Positions 20,794 through 29,895 of a stretch of 64,000 bases of DNA are shown one piece after another. The stretch is taken from IMG/VR virus record IMGVR_UViG_3300007512_001547, positions 1 to 64,000 of that record, one strand, 5' to 3'. A program made the position numbers and the translations under genes. Source of the DNA: a virus. Each line of letters starts with the position of its first letter. Position 1 is the first letter of the stretch. The notes under the pieces are model-generated. The model saw only the letters and a list, made by a program, of their open reading frames with translations, did no database searches and was not told the origin of the DNA.

Positions 20794-20839
20794 TATTTAA
20801 TACTTTCGAGTTTAAAAATTTATAACAATAAATATCATA

Positions 20840-21901
20840 GTGAAAAAGATCTTTTTAGTTACAGTGTTTGTTCTCTTTTCCTCAATATCTTTTGCCGAAA
20901 TTGATATCGATTGGAAGTGGGGAAAGGTATTCGATAGTGTTGTATTAATCAGCGGTGAGAATGTAGCTGAAACAATACCTAAAAGTCCTGACGTAGCACC
21001 ACACGAAAAAGAACAAAAGTTTGATTCTCTTAAACCAAGGATTATTCCATATGGCATGGGAACAGGTTTTTTTATTAATAAAATTCATATAGTAACAAAT
21101 TATCATGTTATTAAAAATTTTGATAAGATATCAATTTATGCTTTTAATCATTTGTTTCCAATAACAGATGTTACACTTGTAGGTTATGATGAAGAAATTG
21201 ATATTGCAGTACTACAAATTAATGAAGACGTTGAACATCATTTTTTAAGATGGTCAGATACTGCTCCTCTTATCGGGGAAGATGTTTATGCACTTGGACA
21301 TGGAATGAGTCAATTATGGTCATTAACAAAAGGTATTTTAAGTTATGATTATCGACAAAATCCAGGCACAAGTTTTGTTCATTATATGCAAACTGATGCT
21401 GTTATAAATTCTGGTAACTCGGGAGGTCCATTGCTTAATGAAGATGGCGAAGTTATAGGTGTTAATACCTTACTAATCTCACCAGACAAATATTATGTTG
21501 GATACGGTTATATCCTTCCAACGCCTTTAGTCAAACGAGCAGTTACTCAAATTTTAGCAACTGGAGAACACATTAAACCGTTTATGGGAATTCTAATGGG
21601 TCATATTGAAGGACGAGAACAGTACGAAGAATTAAAAGCAAAAGAAATAGGTCACTATTTAGAAATTAAAGAAGTTACTAAAAATTCGCCAGCAGACCAT
21701 TTTGGATTATTAGCAGGCGATATAATAATTTCAATTGACGATAAAGATATTCAAGTAGTACCTCAAGTAATTGAATTGCTATGGGAACGAAATCCTGGTG
21801 ACCAAGTAAGTTTCAAAGTTTATAGAGATCATGAATATCATACTATCGATATCGTTTTAGGAAAAGCAAAAAACCAAAAACCCAACAAATATCCAAAATA
21901 A
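20840..21901 (+). CDS. HtrA/DegP-like periplasmic serine protease with one PDZ domain
   Basis: Signal peptide; GTGF, TNYHV, DIAVL, QTDAVINSGNSGGPL; C-terminal PDZ (SPA...GL.AGDII). Confidence 0.93.
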   Translation: MKKIFLVTVFVLFSSISFAEIDIDWKWGKVFDSVVLISGENVAETIPKSPDVAPHEKEQKFDSLKPRIIPYGMGTGFFINKIHIVTNYHVIKNFDKISIYAFNHLFPITDVTLVGYDEEIDIAVLQINEDVEHHFLRWSDTAPLIGEDVYALGHGMSQLWSLTKGILSYDYRQNPGTSFVHYMQTDAVINSGNSGGPLLNEDGEVIGVNTLLISPDKYYVGYGYILPTPLVKRAVTQILATGEHIKPFMGILMGHIEGREQYEELKAKEIGHYLEIKEVTKNSPADHFGLLAGDIIISIDDKDIQVVPQVIELLWERNPGDQVSFKVYRDHEYHTIDIVLGKAKNQKPNKYPK

Positions 21902-21969
21902 ACATTATATACGCATAGATAATAAATGCACATATTATTAAATATCTATGAGCGAGGTTAACGTACAAA

Positions 21970-22110
21970 ATGGCAGGTCGATCAAAAAAGATCTATCAAA
22001 TAACTCACACTCTCGTAACGACAAAAGAATCTAATCTCAAAGGCAACATAACTAATCTCTTGGCTATACATAGCCAGCCTCTTGACCACGGCATGAGTGT
22101 CTTTGAGTAG
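21970..22110 (+). CDS. Candidate 46-aa small ORF (not in ORF track)
   Basis: MAGRSKKIYQITHT...GMSVFE; preceded by TAAATATnnnTGAGCGAGGT, also found upstream of the next gene. Confidence 0.4.
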   Translation: MAGRSKKIYQITHTLVTTKESNLKGNITNLLAIHSQPLDHGMSVFE

Positions 22111-22131
22111 ATTCTATCTCTAATACACCCA

Positions 22132-22139
22132 TATAAATA
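22132..22139 (+). promoter_or_regulatory. T4-type late promoter TATAAATA
   Basis: Exact T4 late consensus 17 nt upstream of the giant-protein ATG, followed by GAGG RBS. Confidence 0.6.
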
Positions 22140-22156
22140 TTGCTGAGCGAGGTATT

Positions 22157-25100
22157 ATGTCAGAGCATTCCATTGGAAAAATTACAATTACTGACGGTGT
22201 CGTTGTAATTCAACGAGATAATCAGTCAATAGAACTACAAGAAGGCGATTCTATCTATCTTAATGATGTTGTAGAAGCCAAAGGCGGTTCTGTTGGTATT
22301 GCATTTGCTGACCAAACCTCAATGTCAATTGATCCAGGTGCAAAAATGGTCATTGACGAATTTGTTTATGACCCTGAAGATCCTACAACAGGTTCAATGA
22401 GCGCCAATGTAATCACAGGAAACTTTTCTTTTGTTTCAGGACAAATTGCCAAAGTGGGTAATGATGCAATGAAAGTTACAACACCTGTGTTAACAATTGG
22501 TGTTAGAGGTACACAGGTTGCAGGTAAGGCCAATACAGATGGTGAAGAAAACGAGATAGTTCTACTGCCAAACGATGATGGCACAGTTGGACAGATTATG
22601 ATCAAAAACGAATCTGGCGAAGTGTTATTGACAAAAGCATTTGAGGCAACAACAATTATAAATGCTTATACTGTTCCTACTGTACCTGTTATATTACCAA
22701 AAGAAATAGTTCTTAAAAAGTTTGCTTCTACTATTGCAACAACTAGAAAAACAGAAGCAAAAGCAGAAGTAGAAAGAGAAACGGAAGAAGCAGTTAGAGA
22801 AAAAGAAAAAGCCGAGGATGAAAAAGAAGAACTAGAAGAGGAAAAAGAAAAACTTGAGGAAGAACAAGAAGAACTAGAAGAAGAAAAGGAAGAACTAGAA
22901 GAAAAAGTTGAGGAACTTGAAGAAGAGAAAGAGGAAGTAGCAGAAGAGAAAGAAGAAATCGAAGAGAAACTTGAAGAAGTATTTGAAGAGAAAGAAGAAA
23001 TCGAAGAGAAGAAAGAAGAAGTTGTAGAAGAAATTGAGGAACTCGAAGAGAAATTAGAAGATGCCAACATACAAGAAAGACAGGCCATCGAGAAAGAACT
23101 AGAAAAATTAGAAGAAGAATTTGAAGAGATAGAGGACGAAGTACAAGAGATCGAGAAAGAGATTGATGTAGTTGCCAAAGAGAAGGTAGCGGTTGAGAAG
23201 AAAGTACGAGAGATTGAGAAAGAATTCGTTGAAGCAAAAAAAGATTTTGTTGAGATAGAACAAAAAGTAGAATTTGTTGAAAAAGAAGTATTAGAAGTAA
23301 TTGAAAAAGAACTAGTGATAGAGCAAGAGATTAAACTAGTTGAAGAAAAATTTGAAGCCATTGTAGAAGAATTTGAAGTGTTCCAAAAAGAATTCGTGCA
23401 GGAGTTCGAGGACTTCATTCCAGAAGAGGAGATACAACAGTTTATGGAAGAAGCACCAATAGAACTTATTGAGGAATTCCAAGAAAACATAATAGAAAAA
23501 TTAGAAGAAGAAAAAGTAAACATACAGGAAAATGAGAACGAAGTAAAGAAAGATGAGGAAGTAGAAGATCCATTTGCTGAAGAAAACGTTGAGAAGGCTA
23601 TAAAGGACTTGGACCAAAAGCAGGAAGAACTGATAGGTGAAGTAGACGAACTGATAGAGAAAGATATGGAACTTCAAGAAGAGGCTAAGGAACTAGATGA
23701 GAAAGCACAGCAACTTGAGGAAGAAGCACAGGAATTAGAAAAGGAAGCACGTCAATTAGAAGAAGAGGCAGAGAAAGCCTACGCAAACAATGACGAAGAA
23801 GCAATACAGGAAATCGAAGAAAAGTTCCAAGAACTAGATGAGAAGTTTGAGGAAGTTGATCAAGGGTTCCAACAAATTGACGAGGGTTTCCAAGAATTAG
23901 ACAAAGAGTACAAAGAACTTGACGAACAGTTCCAAGAGGTCAACGAGCAGTTTATCGATATAGATGAACAATTTCAGGAAGTGATAGAGTTCGAGCAGAA
24001 ACTTGAAGATAACCAACAGGTTGATGGACCAGGGTTCAACGAAGACAATGATGTGTTTAACGTGCCTGAAGATCAACAAGTAGACAACATAAAAGTAGAA
24101 CAGTTTATAAAGGAAGAAAAAGAAAAAGCACTAGAAAATAATGTGTTTGCCCAAGAGGCAGAGGATTTCTTTGAAAACGAGGAAGTTATCATAAACGAAG
24201 ATGTAGATGATCAAGTAAAAGATTTGTTTATCCTTAATGCACAAAACATTGATCAATTTATAGAAGGTGCTGGTAGTGGTATTAATAATGCAGAAGATTA
24301 TGAGGATCAAGAAAATGAATGGGCAGACTATGATGCCATAATGGACTACAACGAAGAAGCATACGAAGATCAACTAGAAGCAGATGCATGGTTTGATCAA
24401 TGGATAGCAGATTTGGCTGAAGAACAAAATATAAACGTTGCTCCATGGTTAGATATGCCAAACGATACAAGTGTTGCTGAAAGCCTATCTGTAGGAACGA
24501 CTTTAGGTTATGTGTATGGTTCAGACGCAAACGGTGATCAATTAACTTACAGCATATTAAGTGATGCATCAGGCAAGATTGCAATAGACGGAAGTAGATT
24601 GTATTTGAAAGAATCATTTGATACCATTTCATCCGACACAGAGTATTCCGTATTATTAAAAGTGCAAGATCCATATGGTGCATCTGATGTGGACGAATGG
24701 ACAGTTACAGTTGAGAACAACCACTCGCCTGTGATATCCAACACTAGTGCTGTGTCATTAGCAGAGAACGTTAGCACAGGTACAGCGGTGGCAACAATAT
24801 CTGCCTCTGACGCTGAAAGCGAAACAATAACATATTCAATAACAGCAGGTAATGACGAAGGCAAGTTTTCTATCAACAGTTCAACAGGTGTAATCACATA
24901 CAACACACAGACGGCTGTGCTGACCACAGAAACGTTTGAAAGCACTTCCGATGGTGCAACACCAACAGGTTGGACAGGATCAACAGTTGACGCCACGACC
25001 TACTACGGAAAAATATTAGGTAGGTTCAATGGAGATTCAAACACAGGACAGGATGTCTACAAGACATTTGATTTCAACAGTTCACACGCAGGCAAACGAG

Positions 25101-27247
25101 TCGAGATAGATTTCAACTTCTGGGAGTTTGGTACGTGGGACGCAACTAATCACGGATCACTGGATCAGAGATTCATGGTGTACGTGAACGACACGTTAGT
25201 TGTGCAGGACTTGAGAAGATACACAGGCTCAAACCAACAGAAGTATGGAGAAACAGTGGGTAACCTAGGCACAGGTTGGCAGGCGGCACCAGTTGAATCT
25301 GGCATGGCTATTGTAAACCAATATCAAGAAGGTGAACTTTACAGGGTGTACGGTACACTAGACAGCAATGGTGACATAAAATTAGGATTTGGTGCGAGAC
25401 TGGACGAGGGTATCAACAACGAGAGTGGTGCTGTTGACAACATAAAGATATCACTAACAGATTTAAATTACGAGGACGACACGCAACACGTTCTCACAAT
25501 TACGGCGACCGACGCAGGTAACAACACAGACACAGTTACACAGACAATCAATGTGACAGACGTCAACGAAGCACCATATTTCATTGACAATGTGTATGCG
25601 GCGAGAACGATAGCAGAGAACGGCTCGTCTGGTACAGATGTTGCCAAGGTACACGCAGAAGATCTCGAGGGAGATTCCATAACATATTCAATCACAGCAG
25701 GTAACACCGGCAATAAATTTACAATTAACTCATCGACGGGTCTGATCGAGACAGCAGGTGCACTGGACTATGAGACGACCAGTTCATACACATTAACGAT
25801 TACAGCAACTGATGAGCATAGTGCAACCGACACAACCACGATAACAGTGAACGTGTCTGATGACACATCGGACAATAGTTTCGCCCAAGGCATAAGCAAC
25901 ACTTCTATAGATGCCTGGGGAGCAAGATACTCGCATGACATGGTATTAAACAACGCATGGGCGGAAGGTAATGTTTTAGTGATGCACGGTGACAGAACTT
26001 TAAGCGGTAGCACCCAACTGGGTGGCAATCTTGGAGATACTCAGGCTGGATCATTATCTGTTTCCTACGATAATGATAGTGCTGGTAATTTTTCTACTAT
26101 GAGTTTGGCATACGTATCACAGTTTTCACAGATTTGGGATGGAAATTGGAACACAAGGGTTAATAGCAATAGTGATCTAACTGATCTTTGGGGCAAATAC
26201 CTCATGGCAGGAGGCTCGTTGGTTGTAGTCACAGAACACTCTGGTTGGGACAATGCCAAGAATGCCGACGTAGAAGATTTCATCAATGTGATTGACACAA
26301 CGTCATCGACTAACAACAATTTGATCAGTGGATCCGGTCCAACTCCACAACACCTACAACCAGATTACCTAGGGTACTCTGAAGGAAGTTCGGAACTGGA
26401 GTTAAAGCCGGGACAGTCAACATCAACCTATCACAAAGAGTACATGGGTAGAGGAGATCTGGTGTTCCAAGAAACAGGTAATGACAACGATGGTGCAGTG
26501 GCAGAATGGAGCAGAGAAGACACAGAAGCGGTGTACACAGGAGCATTCCTTGCCTGGGGTGACATTGATGCTCACAGTCACATCTCTTCTTTTGGATCAG
26601 AACAAGCACATTGGGAGATTGCTAGATGGTTAACAGAACAGAACGAGGACGCAATGACAGAATCGGACGGTGCAGGCATAGTGGTTGACTCTGAATACCT
26701 TCCGAGGTTTGCAGATTCATATGGATCCGGGATACACGAGACAGAGAATGATATTACTGCTATAGAATCACTTCACCTAGGTAACAATGTGTACATTGGG
26801 GGTGGTATGGATCACATCGACCTTGTGTGGGATGACTCGGCGGACGCCGCATACTGGGCCTTTAACTCAGACATGGACAACGGTGCAACACCAACTCAAG
26901 CAGATGATCACTATGGTGTGATAGGTTATGACCGGGACGGTGATGGAGATCTCTGGGAGACCACTGACACATTCACCCTAAACAAAATCAAGATACTGGA
27001 TGACTCGGAGGACTACCTGACACAAGACCCAGATGCCAGTGGCGATTATTACTTTAAAATAACACCGGTTGTTTACGCTGGTGGCAGTTGGCAAGTGGTC
27101 ACCTCACAAACAGTGACAGTTTCAAACACAACAGGCTACAACGATTACCTTGATTTAGATGCAGTTTCTGATGCTTTCGACAACATAAATTACGCACTGA
27201 TCGAGACAGAGTCGGCACTAATATCAGAAGTTGTGGTTTCTACATAA
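22157..27247 (+). CDS. Giant acidic T1SS-substrate-like protein: FecR/retention-module N-terminus, Glu-rich coiled coil, three cadherin repeats, inserted lectin-like domain, C-terminal domains
   Basis: IGKI...G.V.I.R...GDSIYLND...TTPVLTIGVRGT; heptad repeats; LDYE/DVNEAP cadherin motifs; no Sec signal. Confidence 0.85.
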   Translation: MSEHSIGKITITDGVVVIQRDNQSIELQEGDSIYLNDVVEAKGGSVGIAFADQTSMSIDPGAKMVIDEFVYDPEDPTTGSMSANVITGNFSFVSGQIAKVGNDAMKVTTPVLTIGVRGTQVAGKANTDGEENEIVLLPNDDGTVGQIMIKNESGEVLLTKAFEATTIINAYTVPTVPVILPKEIVLKKFASTIATTRKTEAKAEVERETEEAVREKEKAEDEKEELEEEKEKLEEEQEELEEEKEELEEKVEELEEEKEEVAEEKEEIEEKLEEVFEEKEEIEEKKEEVVEEIEELEEKLEDANIQERQAIEKELEKLEEEFEEIEDEVQEIEKEIDVVAKEKVAVEKKVREIEKEFVEAKKDFVEIEQKVEFVEKEVLEVIEKELVIEQEIKLVEEKFEAIVEEFEVFQKEFVQEFEDFIPEEEIQQFMEEAPIELIEEFQENIIEKLEEEKVNIQENENEVKKDEEVEDPFAEENVEKAIKDLDQKQEELIGEVDELIEKDMELQEEAKELDEKAQQLEEEAQELEKEARQLEEEAEKAYANNDEEAIQEIEEKFQELDEKFEEVDQGFQQIDEGFQELDKEYKELDEQFQEVNEQFIDIDEQFQEVIEFEQKLEDNQQVDGPGFNEDNDVFNVPEDQQVDNIKVEQFIKEEKEKALENNVFAQEAEDFFENEEVIINEDVDDQVKDLFILNAQNIDQFIEGAGSGINNAEDYEDQENEWADYDAIMDYNEEAYEDQLEADAWFDQWIADLAEEQNINVAPWLDMPNDTSVAESLSVGTTLGYVYGSDANGDQLTYSILSDASGKIAIDGSRLYLKESFDTISSDTEYSVLLKVQDPYGASDVDEWTVTVENNHSPVISNTSAVSLAENVSTGTAVATISASDAESETITYSITAGNDEGKFSINSSTGVITYNTQTAVLTTETFESTSDGATPTGWTGSTVDATTYYGKILGRFNGDSNTGQDVYKTFDFNSSHAGKRVEIDFNFWEFGTWDATNHGSLDQRFMVYVNDTLVVQDLRRYTGSNQQKYGETVGNLGTGWQAAPVESGMAIVNQYQEGELYRVYGTLDSNGDIKLGFGARLDEGINNESGAVDNIKISLTDLNYEDDTQHVLTITATDAGNNTDTVTQTINVTDVNEAPYFIDNVYAARTIAENGSSGTDVAKVHAEDLEGDSITYSITAGNTGNKFTINSSTGLIETAGALDYETTSSYTLTITATDEHSATDTTTITVNVSDDTSDNSFAQGISNTSIDAWGARYSHDMVLNNAWAEGNVLVMHGDRTLSGSTQLGGNLGDTQAGSLSVSYDNDSAGNFSTMSLAYVSQFSQIWDGNWNTRVNSNSDLTDLWGKYLMAGGSLVVVTEHSGWDNAKNADVEDFINVIDTTSSTNNNLISGSGPTPQHLQPDYLGYSEGSSELELKPGQSTSTYHKEYMGRGDLVFQETGNDNDGAVAEWSREDTEAVYTGAFLAWGDIDAHSHISSFGSEQAHWEIARWLTEQNEDAMTESDGAGIVVDSEYLPRFADSYGSGIHETENDITAIESLHLGNNVYIGGGMDHIDLVWDDSADAAYWAFNSDMDNGATPTQADDHYGVIGYDRDGDGDLWETTDTFTLNKIKILDDSEDYLTQDPDASGDYYFKITPVVYAGGSWQVVTSQTVTVSNTTGYNDYLDLDAVSDAFDNINYALIETESALISEVVVST
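22810..23400 (+). repeat. In-frame imperfect 21-nt (7-aa) repeat array encoding acidic heptads
   Basis: EKEELEE/EKEKLEE/EQEELEE/KVEELEE/EKEEIEE...; boundaries approximate. Confidence 0.8.
23590..24000 (+). repeat. Second heptad array in giant protein
   Basis: AQQLEEE/AQELEKE/ARQLEEE and KFQELDE/KFEEVDQ/GFQQIDE/GFQELDK/QFQEVNE; boundaries approximate. Confidence 0.75.
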
Positions 27248-27265
27248 AATAAATATACATATTAA

Positions 27266-29116
27266 ATGAAAAAATTAGTTAATTACATCCTAATAGCAAT
27301 AATGCTGAACTGGAACGTGACTGTTTTTGCGGACGACGATGTTGAGGGTTGTAAATGGGAAGTAGTTGAAGAAACTGAACAGTATCTACAGGAACAATGT
27401 ATAGGAGTAGACGGTCAATATAGTGCAAGAATAAGATCTAAACCTATCGACAACAGTATAGTATATGTAAAAACTGAAAAGAAAGATGCAAATCCTATAC
27501 AAAAATATAGAGACAGTGAAGTATTAAAAACACCGATTGGTGTACATGACGATTTAAAAATTGCAGAGTTAAAAGAAGAAGTTGAAACAACTGCAAAAAA
27601 AATTGATCAACTAAAAATAGATCAAGCAGTAGAAGAAAAGAAAAAAATTGAGTTAGATGTAGTTGAAAAAGCAATTGAACACATTGAAGAAAAGAAAACT
27701 GCAGAAACAGAAAAAGCACAAGTACTTGATCCAAAACTTAAAAATGAATTAAACAAAAAAGACATACATGAAGAGTCAGATAAAAAAATTATTGCAGAAG
27801 CAGAAGAAAAAGAATGGAAAGAAGTAGATGAAAATGTTGAAGTTGCGGAAGTAGAAAAAGAGCCTAAAATTAATTGGATGACATTGTATCAAATGTTACC
27901 AAGACTTATTTTAGAAAACGAAAAAGTTAAAGCGGCAGAATTAGATTATGAAGCGGCATTAGAAACATTAAAATCAGAATATTCTGCATACTATCCTCAA
28001 GTAACAATTACTGTAGGAAACAACTGGGAAGACGACAGATCAGTTTCTAAAGGCACATATCCTAGCAATACAATTACACATGACGGAAAACACGGTGTAC
28101 AAAAATCTATTTCAATTACACAAATGTTATGGGACTTTGGAAGAACAACGGCTGTTATCGACAAAGCAAAACACACAGCACAACAGGCCTATTATAGATT
28201 AGAACTTGCAACAGAAGATGTTGTTATGGAAGCCATTAATGCATGGTTAAATCTACAGAAAGCATACAACACACACGAAGCAAATAAAAAAGTAGAAGCA
28301 AATGCAAAAATTACACTTGCAATGACAATAGAGAAAGTTAAAGCAGGACAAGGTTCTAAACTAGAACAACTGCAAATAGAACAGCAATATAGAACATATC
28401 AAACAATAGTAATGACAAGTAACCTACAACTTGATTCAGCAATACAGAGATTCCAAAATGTATGGAGATACTATCCTACAGATGTTGCAAGTATGCCAAT
28501 ACCATTTGCAGACTTATTAGGTATCATACCTGATTCAGGAAGATCGGTAACTGACAACACTACATTAAAAATTGCACATTTAGATATTGAGATTGCAAAA
28601 GAACAAAAGAAATTTAGCGATGCAGAGTTTAGACCTAGAATAGATGGTAAACTTTCTTACACAGAAAAAGACGGAGAGTTAAGTGGTGGATATGATACTG
28701 ATGACGCACAAAAAGAAGAGTTTAGAGCAGATATTACATTAACTTGGAAACTGTTTGCTGGAGGTAAAAACAAACATATGAATAGTGCTGATAGAATAAG
28801 AATGGAAGCCGCTATTACAAGATATGCTGATACTAAAAGAACAGTACAAGAACAATTTACCAATGCATGGAACAACTATGTATTAGTTGAAAAAAATCTA
28901 GAGACTCTAAAAAGAACAGTAGAAATCAATGATGAGATGTACAAACTTACACTTGCAGACTTTCAAGCAGGTAATTCACCTATAATGGCTGTGTTTGGCA
29001 TGAAGACAGCACATATTATGAGTGAAGTTGCTTATGCAAATGCTCAACTAGATTTATTAATTGCTAGATACCAATTACATAAAGTTCTAGGACTCGTAGA
29101 TCCAAAACTAGACTAA
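27266..29116 (+). CDS. TolC-family outer-membrane channel with about 180-aa charged N-terminal extension
   Basis: Signal peptide; AYYPQV, TQMLWDFGRT, EFRPRIDG, LTWKLFAGG, YQLHKVLG. Confidence 0.9.
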   Translation: MKKLVNYILIAIMLNWNVTVFADDDVEGCKWEVVEETEQYLQEQCIGVDGQYSARIRSKPIDNSIVYVKTEKKDANPIQKYRDSEVLKTPIGVHDDLKIAELKEEVETTAKKIDQLKIDQAVEEKKKIELDVVEKAIEHIEEKKTAETEKAQVLDPKLKNELNKKDIHEESDKKIIAEAEEKEWKEVDENVEVAEVEKEPKINWMTLYQMLPRLILENEKVKAAELDYEAALETLKSEYSAYYPQVTITVGNNWEDDRSVSKGTYPSNTITHDGKHGVQKSISITQMLWDFGRTTAVIDKAKHTAQQAYYRLELATEDVVMEAINAWLNLQKAYNTHEANKKVEANAKITLAMTIEKVKAGQGSKLEQLQIEQQYRTYQTIVMTSNLQLDSAIQRFQNVWRYYPTDVASMPIPFADLLGIIPDSGRSVTDNTTLKIAHLDIEIAKEQKKFSDAEFRPRIDGKLSYTEKDGELSGGYDTDDAQKEEFRADITLTWKLFAGGKNKHMNSADRIRMEAAITRYADTKRTVQEQFTNAWNNYVLVEKNLETLKRTVEINDEMYKLTLADFQAGNSPIMAVFGMKTAHIMSEVAYANAQLDLLIARYQLHKVLGLVDPKLD

Positions 29117-29139
29117 CAGATTCATTAAATACACATATA

Positions 29140-29895
29140 ATGAAAAACCTAATACGACATCTGTCCAAAGAACCAGGCACGGCATCAATGCTGTTTACCA
29201 GCAGTTTCATAATTGGTATTTGTGCTTTGGCCCCTGCACTATTTGTTATAATTGTTCTTAACAAGTATCTAACATCAGGTGTCACAGCAACATTAATAAG
29301 TTTGTCAATTGGAGCAGTGTTGGCCATAGCATTTGAGTTCACTTTTAGACAGAACAGAGGCAAGATGATGACCGCTTTCAACCAACGTGTGTATGATCCT
29401 CTGTTGAAAGCATTTGGAGAAAAATTTAGCAAAGCAGGACAACTCACTGCACAGCAGTATAAAAAATTAGACAGTGCAGGCACAATGATTAAAAATATGA
29501 GGACATCATCGATGACTAGTTGGATATTGGACTGGCCTTTTGTGTTGATGTTTTTGATTGTGTTGCTGTACATAAATTGGGCCGCATCAATAATCACAGC
29601 AATATTCATGTTGGTAATGTACTTTTTGATAACATGGAAAAAGAACGTGTCCATGTCACAGGACACACAGAGCAACATAGAAATATTTTTAAACGGATTA
29701 CAGACAATCGTGATCATGTCAGTTGGTGCAATGATGATTATAGCCGGCACACTGGACATTGGATTACTGATCGGTTCTAACATATTGGCCGCCCGAGCAT
29801 TACAAGGAACCAGCAAGTATGCCAAGGCAAACGAATTTTTAAAGCAACGAGATCAAGCAGTTGGAGAAATAATAAATTATGTCAAAAGCAAGTAG
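29140..29895 (+). CDS. T1SS ABC-transporter membrane domain only (no nucleotide-binding domain)
   Basis: S.FII.I.ALAP.LFV, FEF.FR..R, LDWPF, G.LDIG.LI...IL.ARAL resemble PrtD/LapB TMD; stop codon follows directly. Confidence 0.8.
   Translation: MKNLIRHLSKEPGTASMLFTSSFIIGICALAPALFVIIVLNKYLTSGVTATLISLSIGAVLAIAFEFTFRQNRGKMMTAFNQRVYDPLLKAFGEKFSKAGQLTAQQYKKLDSAGTMIKNMRTSSMTSWILDWPFVLMFLIVLLYINWAASIITAIFMLVMYFLITWKKNVSMSQDTQSNIEIFLNGLQTIVIMSVGAMMIIAGTLDIGLLIGSNILAARALQGTSKYAKANEFLKQRDQAVGEIINYVKSK

Noticed and set aside
22666-23523. Long Ser/Phe-rich minus-strand ORFs (22666..23523, 22794..23237)
   Set aside because: Antisense shadows of the GAA/GAG-rich heptad region; low complexity, no independent signals
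22810-24000. Periodic DNA repeats as a possible CRISPR array
   Set aside because: Degenerate 21-nt in-frame coding repeats without unique spacers or cas genes
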